From an uncultured Candidatus Micrarchaeota archaeon (lineage in GTDB: Archaea > Micrarchaeota > Micrarchaeia > Micrarchaeales > Micrarchaeaceae), in contig CAVUGN010000005.1 of NCBI GenBank assembly GCA_963741095.1, positions 1 through 64,000 of the forward strand: a DNA stretch of 64,000 nucleotides, read 5' to 3'. Both the position numbers and the translations under genes were made by a program. The notes below the pieces were generated by a model. The model did not search any database. It worked only from the letters and a program-made list of their open reading frames with translations, and was not told where the DNA came from. Position 1 is the stretch's first letter. Every line of letters starts with the position of its first letter. Shown in pieces: positions 19,301 to 33,376 of this stretch.

Positions 19301-20344
19301 TCACAGCCAGCAGACCTCAGGGTCGCCGTGGAGCTCCATGAAGTCCGCGGTCATGGCCTCCAGGACCATCCCCACCTTCTTCTCCACGTCCGCGCTCTTG
19401 CTGTCCGTCCTGACAAAAACGTCGTCGACGCTTATCTTCGACTTTATCAGGTTGGCAGCCTCCTTCTCTTTTTGCGTCACCAGCAGCATCGATATGAGCG
19501 GGACGCCCAGGCGCCTCAGCGCTATCTGGTTCTCCCTCAGGTACTGCTCGACGAACTTTGCGTACTTCTTGTTCGTCTCGTAGTGCAAGAACTCTCGCCC
19601 GTCGCCCTCGGCCTGGTACCTCCGGACGCCGTCGCTCGCATACATGAAGACAAAGAACAAAGACCGCTTGTGGCTCTTCACGGCGTTGAGGTAGTACTTG
19701 TCCAGCTTGTTTTTCACCAGGTCGTAGATGCCCTGGTCGATGAACAGCTCGTTGTCCTTGCCCGCGACAGGTATCGCTATCCTTGCGGACAGGGTCCTGA
19801 GCAGTGAGCTGTCGATCACCGCGTACTTGTAGCCGCTCTCGAAGGCCTTGTACGCCTTCTCCAAAGCGAATATGTTGACGCACATGTAGAACAACAGGCC
19901 GATCGCGATGTTGTCGTTGTAGTCGGCGACGGCCATCTTGTATATCCTCGGCAGCTCGAACATCTCGTAGAACATGTTCACCGCCTGGTTGTCTATCGGC
20001 ATCGCACCGAGCTTCTCGCTCAGCGGCACGGTGAGGCTCGTTTTCCCGACCGCGTCGGCGCCCTCGATTATTATTAACCTTGCGCTCATCTTCTGGAATG
20101 CGCCAAGGTACCATCGGTAGGTTGCGAAGAACTTGTGCCGCCTGAGGAAGCCGTGCACCGTCTTTATGTCGATCTTCATGCTGCGGTTTGGCTTCATCTC
20201 CTTCCCGAACTTGATTAGCGCCTCCTTTATCTCCGGATTGTCGACCTTGCTTTCATCTGGAAAACTGGAGTTGTTAAGCAGTATGGCCCTCAGCTCATTC
20301 AGCATTGGCACTAAACTTGGTTTATTCAGCGATCTCACCAACAA
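19301..20344 (-). CDS. Thymidylate/deoxynucleoside kinase-like P-loop protein with N-terminal extension
   Basis: IIIEGADAVGKTS, VIDSS. Confidence 0.7.
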   Translation of the reverse strand: MLVRSLNKPSLVPMLNELRAILLNNSSFPDESKVDNPEIKEALIKFGKEMKPNRSMKIDIKTVHGFLRRHKFFATYRWYLGAFQKMSARLIIIEGADAVGKTSLTVPLSEKLGAMPIDNQAVNMFYEMFELPRIYKMAVADYNDNIAIGLLFYMCVNIFALEKAYKAFESGYKYAVIDSSLLRTLSARIAIPVAGKDNELFIDQGIYDLVKNKLDKYYLNAVKSHKRSLFFVFMYASDGVRRYQAEGDGREFLHYETNKKYAKFVEQYLRENQIALRRLGVPLISMLLVTQKEKEAANLIKSKISVDDVFVRTDSKSADVEKKVGMVLEAMTADFMELHGDPEVCWL

Positions 20345-20347
20345 TTC

Positions 20348-20659
20348 TTAAAATTCGACGAAGATGTCGTCCCCGACGATCGAGGTCTTGTAGGTCGGTT
20401 CGTCCGGGAGCTCGACAGAGAACTCGACAAGCTTGCCGGTCTTGATGTCCCACTTCGACCCGTGCCAAGGGCACGTTATCACGCTGCCTTCGAGCTTTCC
20501 CTTGCCCAGCGGCCCGCCCCGGTGGTTGCACACGCCGCGCATGGCGTAGATCTTACCTTTTACATTAGCAATCGCGACGTCATCCCTTCCGTCGACCTTG
20601 ACCTGCCTAAGAGTCCCGTCAGGCATCTCAGAAAGCTTGGCGACCTTTACGCTCACCAT
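20348..20659 (-). CDS. Rieske-type ferredoxin
   Basis: CNHRG...CPWHG. Confidence 0.92.
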   Translation of the reverse strand: MVSVKVAKLSEMPDGTLRQVKVDGRDDVAIANVKGKIYAMRGVCNHRGGPLGKGKLEGSVITCPWHGSKWDIKTGKLVEFSVELPDEPTYKTSIVGDDIFVEF

Positions 20660-20703
20660 GCATACCTTAGATATTGAGTTGGAAAGGTATATATTTGCGA
20701 TGC

Positions 20704-21663
20704 TCATGCCGATGGCGCGGTCGCATCTATGAGTATGTTCGCGGCCTTGTCCTCCGAAGCCGCTATCGACTCTATCCTGCGGGCCAGCTCGTTTGCCTTT
20801 TCGGAGCCCATCCCACCTATCGTTCCGATTATCTCGTCTGGGCTCGATGTCAGCGTCTTGAACGCGGCCTTTATGTCGTAGTTGTTAGCCGCAAGAACTA
20901 GAAGCGCTATGGCCTGCCCCAGATTGGTGCTCGATTCCCCGATCATGTGCTCCTCATCGATCGCCTCCTTTCTTATGCTGTATATGCTCAGGTCTGCAAT
21001 GCCGACTAACTCGTTCCTGCCTGTGAGCTGCTGGCGCTCCATGCGACCGTGAACCGCGCTGATTAGCCTGAAACCGCTGACCTGCGAGAAGGACTCGCAC
21101 AGCCCGGTTACGAGCGCGTCGGTCATTTCCTTGTCCGGATGATCAAGCTGCGGCGAATGCCTGTACAGGAACGTGTTCTCGAACAGGTAAGCCGCGGCTT
21201 CCATCATCGAGTAGCGCACAATCGTCATCTTCACCTCCTCGCCCGGATGCGATTTAGTCTCCCGGTCGTAGAAATCCTTCAGCCTGTCGGAGAATTGGTC
21301 CCTGAACTGCCAGAAGTGTATCGACTCGTGTGGCACGACGTGCGTCACGCCCATCAGGGCATCGACGTCTATGTACGGGCTGCCGGATTTGCAGTCGCCC
21401 GCCACACCCTCTCTGGCTATCAGCCTTATGATCGGCCTCTCGGTTATGCGCCTTTCGGGAGGTATGAGCGTTTCCAGGAATTCGAACGTCTCTTTGAGCA
21501 CGCTGTGGCTCGTGCGCATTTGGCTGTTGTCATCGTAATTTGTCTTGCTTGCAATCTTGTTCTGCTCCGCCTGCACGGCCAATTCGTTGCCAGGTATGTT
21601 AGGAGAAGCGTGAGTCTTGCCGCCGGGCTCCCATTCGTTCTTGCTTGTAGAGTACACCCACAC
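20704..21663 (-). CDS. Zincin-like metallopeptidase (paralog of 7980)
   Basis: PHESIH, MEAAAYLF, ALLVLAANNYDIK. Confidence 0.7.
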   Translation of the reverse strand: MWVYSTSKNEWEPGGKTHASPNIPGNELAVQAEQNKIASKTNYDDNSQMRTSHSVLKETFEFLETLIPPERRITERPIIRLIAREGVAGDCKSGSPYIDVDALMGVTHVVPHESIHFWQFRDQFSDRLKDFYDRETKSHPGEEVKMTIVRYSMMEAAAYLFENTFLYRHSPQLDHPDKEMTDALVTGLCESFSQVSGFRLISAVHGRMERQQLTGRNELVGIADLSIYSIRKEAIDEEHMIGESSTNLGQAIALLVLAANNYDIKAAFKTLTSSPDEIIGTIGGMGSEKANELARRIESIAASEDKAANILIDATAPSA

Positions 21664-21687
21664 ACCGGATTAATCAGTGTCTAAACG

Positions 21688-22557
21688 TCAATTTAGCTTT
21701 ATCTGTGCTTCCGCTTCTGCCGGCTTTTCGGTCTCGTCCGACCGCATGAGGCCGCGAAGCACGCCCAGGTTGTTCATTATCCTCTCCAGATCGCTGATCC
21801 TGCCGTTGCCCTTGACCGCTTCCACCATGTTAAGTATCGGCATGACCCTCTGGCGGATCCTGTCGTCGTTCTTGTTCGGGAACGTCCTGAGCCACAGGTC
21901 CATGCTCTGGGGCCCGAAGAGCTTTGCCAAATCGTCAGCGACAGCCACCCAGGCGACGTCCTGCTCGTCCCTGTAATCGCTCCTTATGATCTTGCGCATC
22001 AGCATCTCTCCGTCGCTCTCCAGGTTCAGTTCGTTGACAACCAGCTTATTGTTGTGCCCCTGGTAGAACTTTGCAGTCGTGAATATCGGAGCCAGATAGA
22101 TTCTTGAATTGTTTGCCTCAGTATAAAGGAACTCCTGCTTCACCACGGTCGGTATCGTGACCTTCTCGCCGTCTGCTGCCCGGTAGGTAATCGAAAAGTA
22201 GTTCAGGACGTCGTCACGGATCCATCCGGCGCGCTGCACGGCCTCCATAACCTTATCCTCGTCCTTTGAGGGTACGGTTATCTCTATGACATTGGTGACC
22301 GGCCTCACGTCCTTGTAGACATCGGGCACCTTTATCCTGGTGCCGAGAGCCCCGCTGCCCAGAACGCCGTACTCGGCTATGCCAGCCGTTCCAAGATCGT
22401 AGTACAGCTTCTCCATTATCGGTATCTGGTTCCTCATCGTCGTGGAGCCCAGCTCGTGCTTCTTGTTCACGACGTGCAACACCTTCTCTCCGCCGGCCGG
22501 AGCGGCCTGCACGCTAGTGGCCTGAACATTAGTAGGATTCTTTGATTCTGTTACCAT
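21688..22557 (-). CDS. Hypothetical protein, degenerate nucleotidyltransferase-like
   Basis: YGVLGSGAL...RPVTNVIEITV...RDEQD. Confidence 0.5.
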   Translation of the reverse strand: MVTESKNPTNVQATSVQAAPAGGEKVLHVVNKKHELGSTTMRNQIPIMEKLYYDLGTAGIAEYGVLGSGALGTRIKVPDVYKDVRPVTNVIEITVPSKDEDKVMEAVQRAGWIRDDVLNYFSITYRAADGEKVTIPTVVKQEFLYTEANNSRIYLAPIFTTAKFYQGHNNKLVVNELNLESDGEMLMRKIIRSDYRDEQDVAWVAVADDLAKLFGPQSMDLWLRTFPNKNDDRIRQRVMPILNMVEAVKGNGRISDLERIMNNLGVLRGLMRSDETEKPAEAEAQIKLN

Positions 22558-22580
22558 TCTATCGGTAATATTGCGGCTTA

Positions 22581-22620
22581 GGAGATATTTATAGCTTGTT
22601 CGGCACATCGTCTATTGACG
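22581..22620 (-). promoter_or_regulatory. Conserved 40-bp promoter module
   Basis: CGTCAATAGACG-ATGTGCCGAACAAGC-TATAAATATCTCC. Confidence 0.85.
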
Positions 22621-22629
22621 ATACGGTCG

Positions 22630-23466
22630 TTATTCGCCCCTCAGCCAGCCGAGCCAGGTGTCCGGGTCGTTCACGTACGTCGATAGCCTTTTTGCGAACT
22701 CCTGCAGCCTCTTCACCTCGTAATCCAGCGCCTTCTTCGGGTCGTAGTCGAAGCGCATCGCGTCGGCTAGCGCGAATATCTTTCCGTAATAAGCGGTCTT
22801 GTAGTCGATCGACATATCGTCGGGGTCGGCGTTGTTCGCCCTTGCCTCGCTGCAGAAGTCCTTGTACAGCGTGTCTTGCCATCCCTCCCCCATCAGGCCC
22901 TTGACGTCCAGCAGGTCGTTCCTCCTCAGCATATCGGTCAGCTCGTTCGCCATGGCTGAGACTATGTTGACGGAGCGCATGGTGTTGAGGCGGAGCGCGT
23001 ACATCTCGGTGCCAAAGCAGTTGTTGTCTCCCAGGTACTTGCGCGAGTAGAGCGCCTCGAACTGGTGGGCTGGAGCTTCCGCAATGCCCCCTATGACCAG
23101 CCGCGAAGGCGACCTGTTGACGGCGATGAGCGCGTTGTCGAATCCGGCACCGCCGCTATCCTTGAAAGAATTCAAATATTCCCATATCTGGCTGCCGAGC
23201 CCCGATTGGTAGAGGATGGATTGCGCCACAGAATTCGCCACCACCTTCTCGAAAAGCAATGGGTCGTTGACCAGGCTCTCATTAACCCGTATCACGCTGG
23301 GATGCATGAGCAGCGCATCCGCCCCGCAGCATCCGCCGAACTCCACTCTCGGAGTTGCGCGCGGCTTCAGGCCGGTTGCGTCTGAGAATTTGTTGGTCAG
23401 TTCTACAACCAGAGGTTCGATGTTCTGCTCGGAGACCCTGTGATTCGTTACTGCAGTAGCTACCAT
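22630..23466 (-). CDS. Hypothetical protein, probable inactive zincin paralog
   Basis: IAEAPAHQFE and YGKIFALA..FDYDPK align with 7980/20704; HExxH absent. Confidence 0.6.
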   Translation of the reverse strand: MVATAVTNHRVSEQNIEPLVVELTNKFSDATGLKPRATPRVEFGGCCGADALLMHPSVIRVNESLVNDPLLFEKVVANSVAQSILYQSGLGSQIWEYLNSFKDSGGAGFDNALIAVNRSPSRLVIGGIAEAPAHQFEALYSRKYLGDNNCFGTEMYALRLNTMRSVNIVSAMANELTDMLRRNDLLDVKGLMGEGWQDTLYKDFCSEARANNADPDDMSIDYKTAYYGKIFALADAMRFDYDPKKALDYEVKRLQEFAKRLSTYVNDPDTWLGWLRGE

Positions 23467-23647
23467 GCTGATCGCCCTACACTTCCATCCAGAAATATTT
23501 TTGCCCATCAGGTATTTATAGCCTACTCTGGCGTACGTCGTTTGCGTACGTCACCGATTCGTTTGTCTGACGCGTTTTTGACGAAAATCCCTACAGATAT
23601 GCATAAATATCTCGAAATTTTAAGGGTATGACTGTTGATGTGATTCT

Positions 23648-24661
23648 ATGGTTGGAACTCAGGCAAAGCAATCGTTTGAAACGGGCAGCAAAGTGGAACA
23701 CAACCTGCTCATCTACGGCGGTCTTGGAGATCTCGTTAACAAGAAGGTGCTTCCGGCATTGGAGCCGCTGCGCAGGGAATTCAACATCAAGTACGCGCTG
23801 GTCGACACGGCCGATGTAGGGCCGGACACGTACTACTGCTACGGAACAGAGCCGATCAAGAGCTACAACGCAGCGGTGATTGCGGTCCCGAACTATCTTC
23901 ACGAAGAGGTTGCGATGAAGGCGATGAACAACGGGCTCAACCTGTTGTGCGAAAAGCCGATCGCCCACACGCTGGAGTCTGCCAAGAGGATAGTGATCGC
24001 CTCGAGAAGGCATCCGGAGCTGACGTGCATGATGTCCGATCATTTCATCTACAAGCCCGCGGTGCGCTTCGCGATGGACAACTGGGAGGAGCTGCACGAC
24101 CAGATCGGCGAGATAAAATCGGTGACAGCAAGGATACTCGAACATGATTGGGTGACCGGACGCTTTTGGCTGTTCATCGAGAAACTGGCCGGAGGCGGCA
24201 TAGGCATAGACACTGGCATACATCTGGTGGCGATTATGGGCAAGCTGTTCGGGTACCAGGATCTCAAGCCCGTTCAGGCGGAGATGGACAAGTATCCGAA
24301 TTCCCCGGGGGATGCCGAAACGCACATGACGATATGCCTGAAAACGAAAAACGAGAAGATCACGATAACAGTGGAGGTGGGCAAGTACTATCCCGGCGAG
24401 AACCAGAAGAGCATAACGATAAACGGCAGCGATGCGACGCTCGAGATCAATGTCGGGAACGGGTCGGTCATGCTCAATGGCAAATTCGAGAAGCAGCCGA
24501 CAAGCGACACTGCGTACATCGAGGTGTACAGGGAGTTCTTCTCGGCAATGGAGGAGGGCAGGAAGCCTTTCACAACATTGGAGGAGGGGTACAGGACACT
24601 GCGCATAATCAAGAATGCTTACAAGGTCGCGGCGCCGCTCAGGACGGATAATGCTCAGTGA
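23648..24661 (+). CDS. Gfo/Idh/MocA oxidoreductase
   Basis: IAVPNYLH, CEKP, GGG..IDTGIH. Confidence 0.9.
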   Translation: MVGTQAKQSFETGSKVEHNLLIYGGLGDLVNKKVLPALEPLRREFNIKYALVDTADVGPDTYYCYGTEPIKSYNAAVIAVPNYLHEEVAMKAMNNGLNLLCEKPIAHTLESAKRIVIASRRHPELTCMMSDHFIYKPAVRFAMDNWEELHDQIGEIKSVTARILEHDWVTGRFWLFIEKLAGGGIGIDTGIHLVAIMGKLFGYQDLKPVQAEMDKYPNSPGDAETHMTICLKTKNEKITITVEVGKYYPGENQKSITINGSDATLEINVGNGSVMLNGKFEKQPTSDTAYIEVYREFFSAMEEGRKPFTTLEEGYRTLRIIKNAYKVAAPLRTDNAQ

Positions 24662-24673
24662 CTAGGCGATTCG

Positions 24674-25768
24674 ATGGCAACAAAACAGGTGCAGGGCAAT
24701 TCAGATTCGAATGCAACAGCGGCAAGACTGGCAAGTTTGGGCCCGGAATGCGGCCGCAGCATCCAGATAATAAGCAACAGAATTGACGGACTCATGTCCG
24801 GGGAGATCGTAAGGAACGTGGAAATCTTAGCGGATTCGCATCCGACCGATGCGAGGATGATACTGCTCTCGACCGCCGACCTGCTCACGAAGCTAGAAGA
24901 CAGTGGGAACAGGACAAAGGTCGCGTACCAGATAAGGCCGGAGACGCCGCCGACCTATGCATCGTACAAGATGTTCTTCCTTTCGCAGATGGTCACCGAC
25001 ACCGTCGCCACACCAAGGCTTATGAAAGAGGTGCTAGGCGCCCTGAAGGGTTTGGACAGCAGCGAGAAGGATAAGGCGATGCTTGCGGACAACATCTTCC
25101 ACTCCATCCTTCAGATACAGAGAGGATACGGGTTGACGGTAACGGTCAGCCGCAACGAGATCACCAGCGAGAGCATAAGGCAGATAGGCGCGGTGACAAA
25201 GGCGCACCTGATGGACAGGGAGGCACAGGAAAGGACCGGGCTTTACAGCATAGCGAGGTACCCGCCGCTGATATTCAACAGGGGCAACGGCATGGAAACC
25301 TTCTCGGTCGAGTACGCGAAGGCTACAATCAACAACAACGGCATATCAAGAACCATCGATGATTTCAAGGACCCGATGCTGCAGGTATCGGCATCCTGGA
25401 ATCTAATAAGGCTGGACAAGTACATGACGCAGATGAAGCTCACAGACGCTACGAAAAAGAGCGTGATGCGCAGGGTTGCCACGCACGCGTCGACATCCAT
25501 GGAAAGGAATGAGCAGGAGGCGGAGAAAGGCATGTGGCTGATGGCGAGCATAGCCAAGACGCAGAACAATGCGGCCTTGCAGACGGCGAACCTGCTCTGG
25601 GGTTCCTTGAAGAAGAACGCGTCGATGGAGGTCATAGCGCGCTACTTCACTAGAATACTTACTTATGAGACGAACCCGAACGGGCTGAATGAGATACTGT
25701 CCGTCCTGAAGGACTCGAACGATCAGGAAAGGGCTGCTTACGACATCAAGGCACGGTTGGAAAGTTGA
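24674..25768 (+). CDS. Hypothetical protein
   Basis: 364-aa ORF directly after the oxidoreductase. Confidence 0.75.
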   Translation: MATKQVQGNSDSNATAARLASLGPECGRSIQIISNRIDGLMSGEIVRNVEILADSHPTDARMILLSTADLLTKLEDSGNRTKVAYQIRPETPPTYASYKMFFLSQMVTDTVATPRLMKEVLGALKGLDSSEKDKAMLADNIFHSILQIQRGYGLTVTVSRNEITSESIRQIGAVTKAHLMDREAQERTGLYSIARYPPLIFNRGNGMETFSVEYAKATINNNGISRTIDDFKDPMLQVSASWNLIRLDKYMTQMKLTDATKKSVMRRVATHASTSMERNEQEAEKGMWLMASIAKTQNNAALQTANLLWGSLKKNASMEVIARYFTRILTYETNPNGLNEILSVLKDSNDQERAAYDIKARLES

Positions 25769-25910
25769 TGGTCCGGCGGTTGTGGGCGAAAGTCGATTAA
25801 GGCCATATACTTCCATAAATTCGGAATTAGATAAGGTATTTAAGCCTTGATGTTACAACTATGTTAGTCCTTCTTGGTTAGAAGTACTGCTTTTTGTTTT
25901 TGGTGAGCTA

Positions 25911-26138
25911 TTGGTCCCCCCGCTTGAGCTCATACCGGAGCATTCAATTCTTAGCGAGAGCGAGGCGAAGAAGGTGCTAGCGAAGTACGCGATACCCGCA
26001 AAGAAGCTGCCGAAGATACTCGACATAGACCCACAGGCGAAGCTGCTTGGGGCGAAGGCCGGGGACATGATCGCGATAAGCAGGAAGGATCCGACAGGAG
26101 GAAAGTACACGTACTACAGGATTGTGGTGAAGGGCTGA
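25911..26138 (+). CDS. rpoH: RNA polymerase subunit H (Rpo5)
   Basis: LIPEH..LPKI...DP...GD...I.R..PT.G...YYR.V. Confidence 0.95.
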   Translation: MVPPLELIPEHSILSESEAKKVLAKYAIPAKKLPKILDIDPQAKLLGAKAGDMIAISRKDPTGGKYTYYRIVVKG

Positions 26139-26145
26139 TTATTGC

Positions 26146-27609
26146 ATGGAAAACGATCACTTGGTATTGGAGTCTTACCTGACATCTAATTCGATAGTTC
26201 AGCAGCAGGTCGAGAGCTACAACCGATTCATACGTATGGGCATAAACAAGGTGCTAGAGAGCAACAACCTCGTCGAGCCCGAAGTGACGAATTTCGCGAT
26301 CAAGTTCACGGGCATAAGGCTGGAGAAGCCCATGATCATAGAATCAGACAGCTCCACTAAGAAGGTGATGCCCAACGAGGCGATAGCGAGGAATCTCACC
26401 TATGCCGCGCCGATGTACATTACATATGTACCGGTAGTGAGCGGCATAGAGAAGAAGGATGCTGCAGGAGAGGCCTTCATCGGAGAGATGCCGGTGATGA
26501 TTAAGAGCGACTTGTGCTACACGAAGAACATGACCAGGGATCAGCTCATAGGAGAGGGAGAGGATCCGGACGACCCTGGCGGATACTTCATCATAAAGGG
26601 AACTGAGCGTGTGCTTGTCGGAATCGAGGATCTGGCGCCCAACAGGATAATGACAACGAAGGAGAAGAGCGGCATAGTCAGCAAGGTCTTCTCGACGGTT
26701 GTCAATTTCAGGGCGAGGTGCAGCGTCACCCGCGACGAATACGGCATTTACACCGTGCTGTTCCCGACGGTATCGAAGGGCATGGACCTCATACTCATAC
26801 TGAAGGCTCTGGGCATGCAGACGAAGGACCTGACATCATCACTGTTGGAGGTCAGGAACGACCTGTTGCTCAACACCGACCTGAGCGTCGCCAAGGACAT
26901 ATCGCAAAAGGATGCGGTGATGGAGCTGGGGAGGATGGCGGCGCCGAGCCAGACCAAGGAGTACCAGGAGAAGAGGGCCGAGGTACAGCTTGACACTTAT
27001 ATACTTCCGCATCTGGGATCGAAGCCCGCGGACCGGATCGAGAAGGCAAGATACCTCCTGCACATGGCGGAGAGGTGCTCGCTCGTGGCGTTCAAGCACG
27101 TCAAGCAGGACGACAAGGACCACTATGCGAACAAGCGCATAAAGCTTGCCGGCGATCTGATGGAAGAGCTGTTCAACAACGCGATGAAGTTCTTCATAAA
27201 GGACATAAAGTACCACATCGAAAGAACGACTGCAAGGGGAAGGAAGCTCACCGTCCGCACGAACATCAACCCGGACACGCTGACCGAGAAGATATTGTAT
27301 TCAATGGGAACCGGATCGTGGCCAGCAGGCCAGACCGGAGTCTCGCAAGTATTGGAGAGGACGAACCTCATCAGCTCTCTTGCGCACCTGAGGAGGGTGA
27401 AGTCACCGCTTTCGAAGAAGCACCCGCACTTCAAGGCAAGAGACGTTCATGGCACTTATCTCGGAAAGATCTGCGCGAGCGAGACCCCCGAAGGTACGGA
27501 CGTAGGCCTTACCAAGTATCTCGCCCTGATGGCGAAGATAACGGTAGGCGCAGAGACGAAGCAGCTTGAAGAGAAGCTGAAGGAGCTCAAGCTGGTGGAA
27601 GAGTCGTAA
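26146..27609 (+). CDS. rpoB2: RNA polymerase subunit B'' (Rpo2N)
   Basis: DPGGYFIIKGTERV, DDKDHYANKR, ETPEG. Confidence 0.97.
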   Translation: MENDHLVLESYLTSNSIVQQQVESYNRFIRMGINKVLESNNLVEPEVTNFAIKFTGIRLEKPMIIESDSSTKKVMPNEAIARNLTYAAPMYITYVPVVSGIEKKDAAGEAFIGEMPVMIKSDLCYTKNMTRDQLIGEGEDPDDPGGYFIIKGTERVLVGIEDLAPNRIMTTKEKSGIVSKVFSTVVNFRARCSVTRDEYGIYTVLFPTVSKGMDLILILKALGMQTKDLTSSLLEVRNDLLLNTDLSVAKDISQKDAVMELGRMAAPSQTKEYQEKRAEVQLDTYILPHLGSKPADRIEKARYLLHMAERCSLVAFKHVKQDDKDHYANKRIKLAGDLMEELFNNAMKFFIKDIKYHIERTTARGRKLTVRTNINPDTLTEKILYSMGTGSWPAGQTGVSQVLERTNLISSLAHLRRVKSPLSKKHPHFKARDVHGTYLGKICASETPEGTDVGLTKYLALMAKITVGAETKQLEEKLKELKLVEES

Positions 27610-29447
27610 TGGTGTTTGATTTGGCAGAAGAAAAAAGAGGAACCGTGTATCTCGAAGGCAAGCTCATCGGCTACGTCAAGTCAGGCAAGGCACTGGCAGA
27701 GGAGATAAGGAAGAACAGAAGGGCAGGAATACTGTCCGGAGAGATCAACGTTCTGTACATAAAGAGGCTCAACGAGGTCCATATAAACGCCGACAGGGGC
27801 AGGGCCAGAAAGCCCTACATCATAGTCGAGGCGGGGAAGAGCAAGCTCACGCAGGAACTGATTGAAAGATTGAAGACGAAGGAGGTGGATTTCAACTACT
27901 TGATAAGGCACGGCGTGATCGAATACCTCGACGCGGACGAGGAGGAGAATGCCTATGTCGCGCTCACCGAGAAGGAGATAACCAACAGGACCACTCATCT
28001 GGAGATAGACCCGGCATCGATGCTGGGGCTCACCATGAACATAAGCGTCTTCCCGGAGTACAACTCGATAGGAAGGCACCCGGTCACGAGCAACTTCCTG
28101 AAGCAGAGCCAGGGACTTTATTCGGTCAACTTCAACAGAAGGTACGACCCCCGTGCATTCATACTTTACTACCCGCAGATGCCGATAGTAAATAGCCTTG
28201 CGTACAGGGCGCTGAACATGAAGATGCACCCGACGGGGCAGAACCTCATCGTCGCGACGACAACTTATTACGGATACAACATGAAGGACGCCATCATACT
28301 CAACAAGGCAGCGGTGGACAGGGGCCTTGGAAGGAGCGTCTTCTACAGGTCCTACACGGACGAGGAGCGAAGATATCCGGGAAGCCAGCAAGACCATTTC
28401 AGGATACCGAGCCCGACCACGGACGGCTATCTGGGAGAGCACGCGTACGCGAAGCTCAGCGAAGACGGGATAGTCGAGAGCGAGATGGATCTCAAGGAAG
28501 CGGATGTAATAGTCGGAAAGGTCTCGCCGCCGAGATTCCTCGAAGAGCAGACAGGATTCGGGGTAGGAGAGGAGAAGAACAGGGACAACTCCGTCACGGT
28601 CAGGGGTGGAGAAGAGGGAGTCGTGGACAGTGTTATGCTTAGTGAAACTACAGGAGCAACAAGGATCGCGAAGATAAGGACGAGAAGCATCAAGATCCCG
28701 GAAGTGGGAGACAAGTTTGCAAGCAGGCACGGACAGAAGGGAGTCATAGCGCTTATAGTGGATCCGAACGACATGCCGTTCACGAAGGACGGAATCGTGC
28801 CGGACCTTTTGCTGAACCCGCACAGCCTTCCAAGCAGAATGACATTCGGCCACATGCTCGAGACTCTGGGAGCGAAGGCCGGTTCTCTCAAGGGGATGCA
28901 GTTCGACGGGACGCCGTTCGCCACTGAGGGAAGGACAAACGTCGACAAGTATGGAAAGATTCTCGAAGAGTATGGCTTCAACAAGTTCGGCAACGAGCCG
29001 ATGTACGACGGAAGGACTGGAAGAAAGTTCGACGCACAGGTCTTCACCGGAGTAATCTATTATCAAAGATTGTGGCACATGGTCAGCCTGAAACTGCAGG
29101 TCAGAAGCAGGGGTCCTGTGCAGATACTCACAAGGCAGCCGACAGAGGGACGTCCAAGGAGAGGAGGTCTCAAGTTCGGAGAAATGGAACGTGATGCGCT
29201 GGTCGGACATGGCGCAAGTCTCTTGCTCAAGGAGCGTATGTTGGACCAGAGCGACAAGGCCGAGATCTGGGTCTGCAGCGACTGCGGTGACGTCGGCTAT
29301 TATGATTACGTGAAGAACACGCCGGTCTGCCAGACCTGCGGAGGAAAGAGCCTCGAGATGGTGGAGATAAGCTACGCGTTCAAGCTGCTGCTTGACGAAG
29401 TGAAGTCCCTGCACATACTGCCGAGGATAAAGATGAAGAGTGAATAA
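27609..29447 (+). CDS. rpoB1: RNA polymerase subunit B' (Rpo2C)
   Basis: GDKFASRHGQKG, NPHSLPSRMT, GLKFGEMERD. Confidence 0.97.
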   Translation: MVFDLAEEKRGTVYLEGKLIGYVKSGKALAEEIRKNRRAGILSGEINVLYIKRLNEVHINADRGRARKPYIIVEAGKSKLTQELIERLKTKEVDFNYLIRHGVIEYLDADEEENAYVALTEKEITNRTTHLEIDPASMLGLTMNISVFPEYNSIGRHPVTSNFLKQSQGLYSVNFNRRYDPRAFILYYPQMPIVNSLAYRALNMKMHPTGQNLIVATTTYYGYNMKDAIILNKAAVDRGLGRSVFYRSYTDEERRYPGSQQDHFRIPSPTTDGYLGEHAYAKLSEDGIVESEMDLKEADVIVGKVSPPRFLEEQTGFGVGEEKNRDNSVTVRGGEEGVVDSVMLSETTGATRIAKIRTRSIKIPEVGDKFASRHGQKGVIALIVDPNDMPFTKDGIVPDLLLNPHSLPSRMTFGHMLETLGAKAGSLKGMQFDGTPFATEGRTNVDKYGKILEEYGFNKFGNEPMYDGRTGRKFDAQVFTGVIYYQRLWHMVSLKLQVRSRGPVQILTRQPTEGRPRRGGLKFGEMERDALVGHGASLLLKERMLDQSDKAEIWVCSDCGDVGYYDYVKNTPVCQTCGGKSLEMVEISYAFKLLLDEVKSLHILPRIKMKSE

Positions 29448-29448
29448 G

Positions 29449-33041
<3,593 letters not shown>

Positions 33042-33137
33042 GCGCTATTCCTTTCGCATCGGCACCGACGGCCAGCCGGGGCGATGACGCCGAGTGAAAG
33101 ATATAAAAATGTGCATTTGATTACTATTGATGATAAC

Positions 33138-33371
33138 ATGCCAATTCAGCAACAGGAACGGCCTTTTGATTTGTTGAACAGGGTTATAGGCCAACAGGTG
33201 CTTGTCAGGCTCAAGAACAATGTGAGCGTCAGGGGCAAGATAACCTCGTTCGATGCGCACATGAACCTGGTCATGGAGAGCGCCGAGGAGCTCAACGACG
33301 GCGAGCTCAAGGCCAAGCTCGGAACGATACTCCTTCGCGGCGGCAACATAATCTTCGTCTCACCAGTGTAG
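33138..33371 (+). CDS. Lsm/Sm-like archaeal protein
   Basis: RPFDLL..FDAHMNLV..LLRGGNI. Confidence 0.95.
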   Translation: MPIQQQERPFDLLNRVIGQQVLVRLKNNVSVRGKITSFDAHMNLVMESAEELNDGELKAKLGTILLRGGNIIFVSPV

Positions 33372-33376
33372 GTGCG

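Noticed and set aside
27681-29414. 577-aa antisense ORF
   Set aside because: Shadow of rpoB' produced by codon bias; no recognisable motifs
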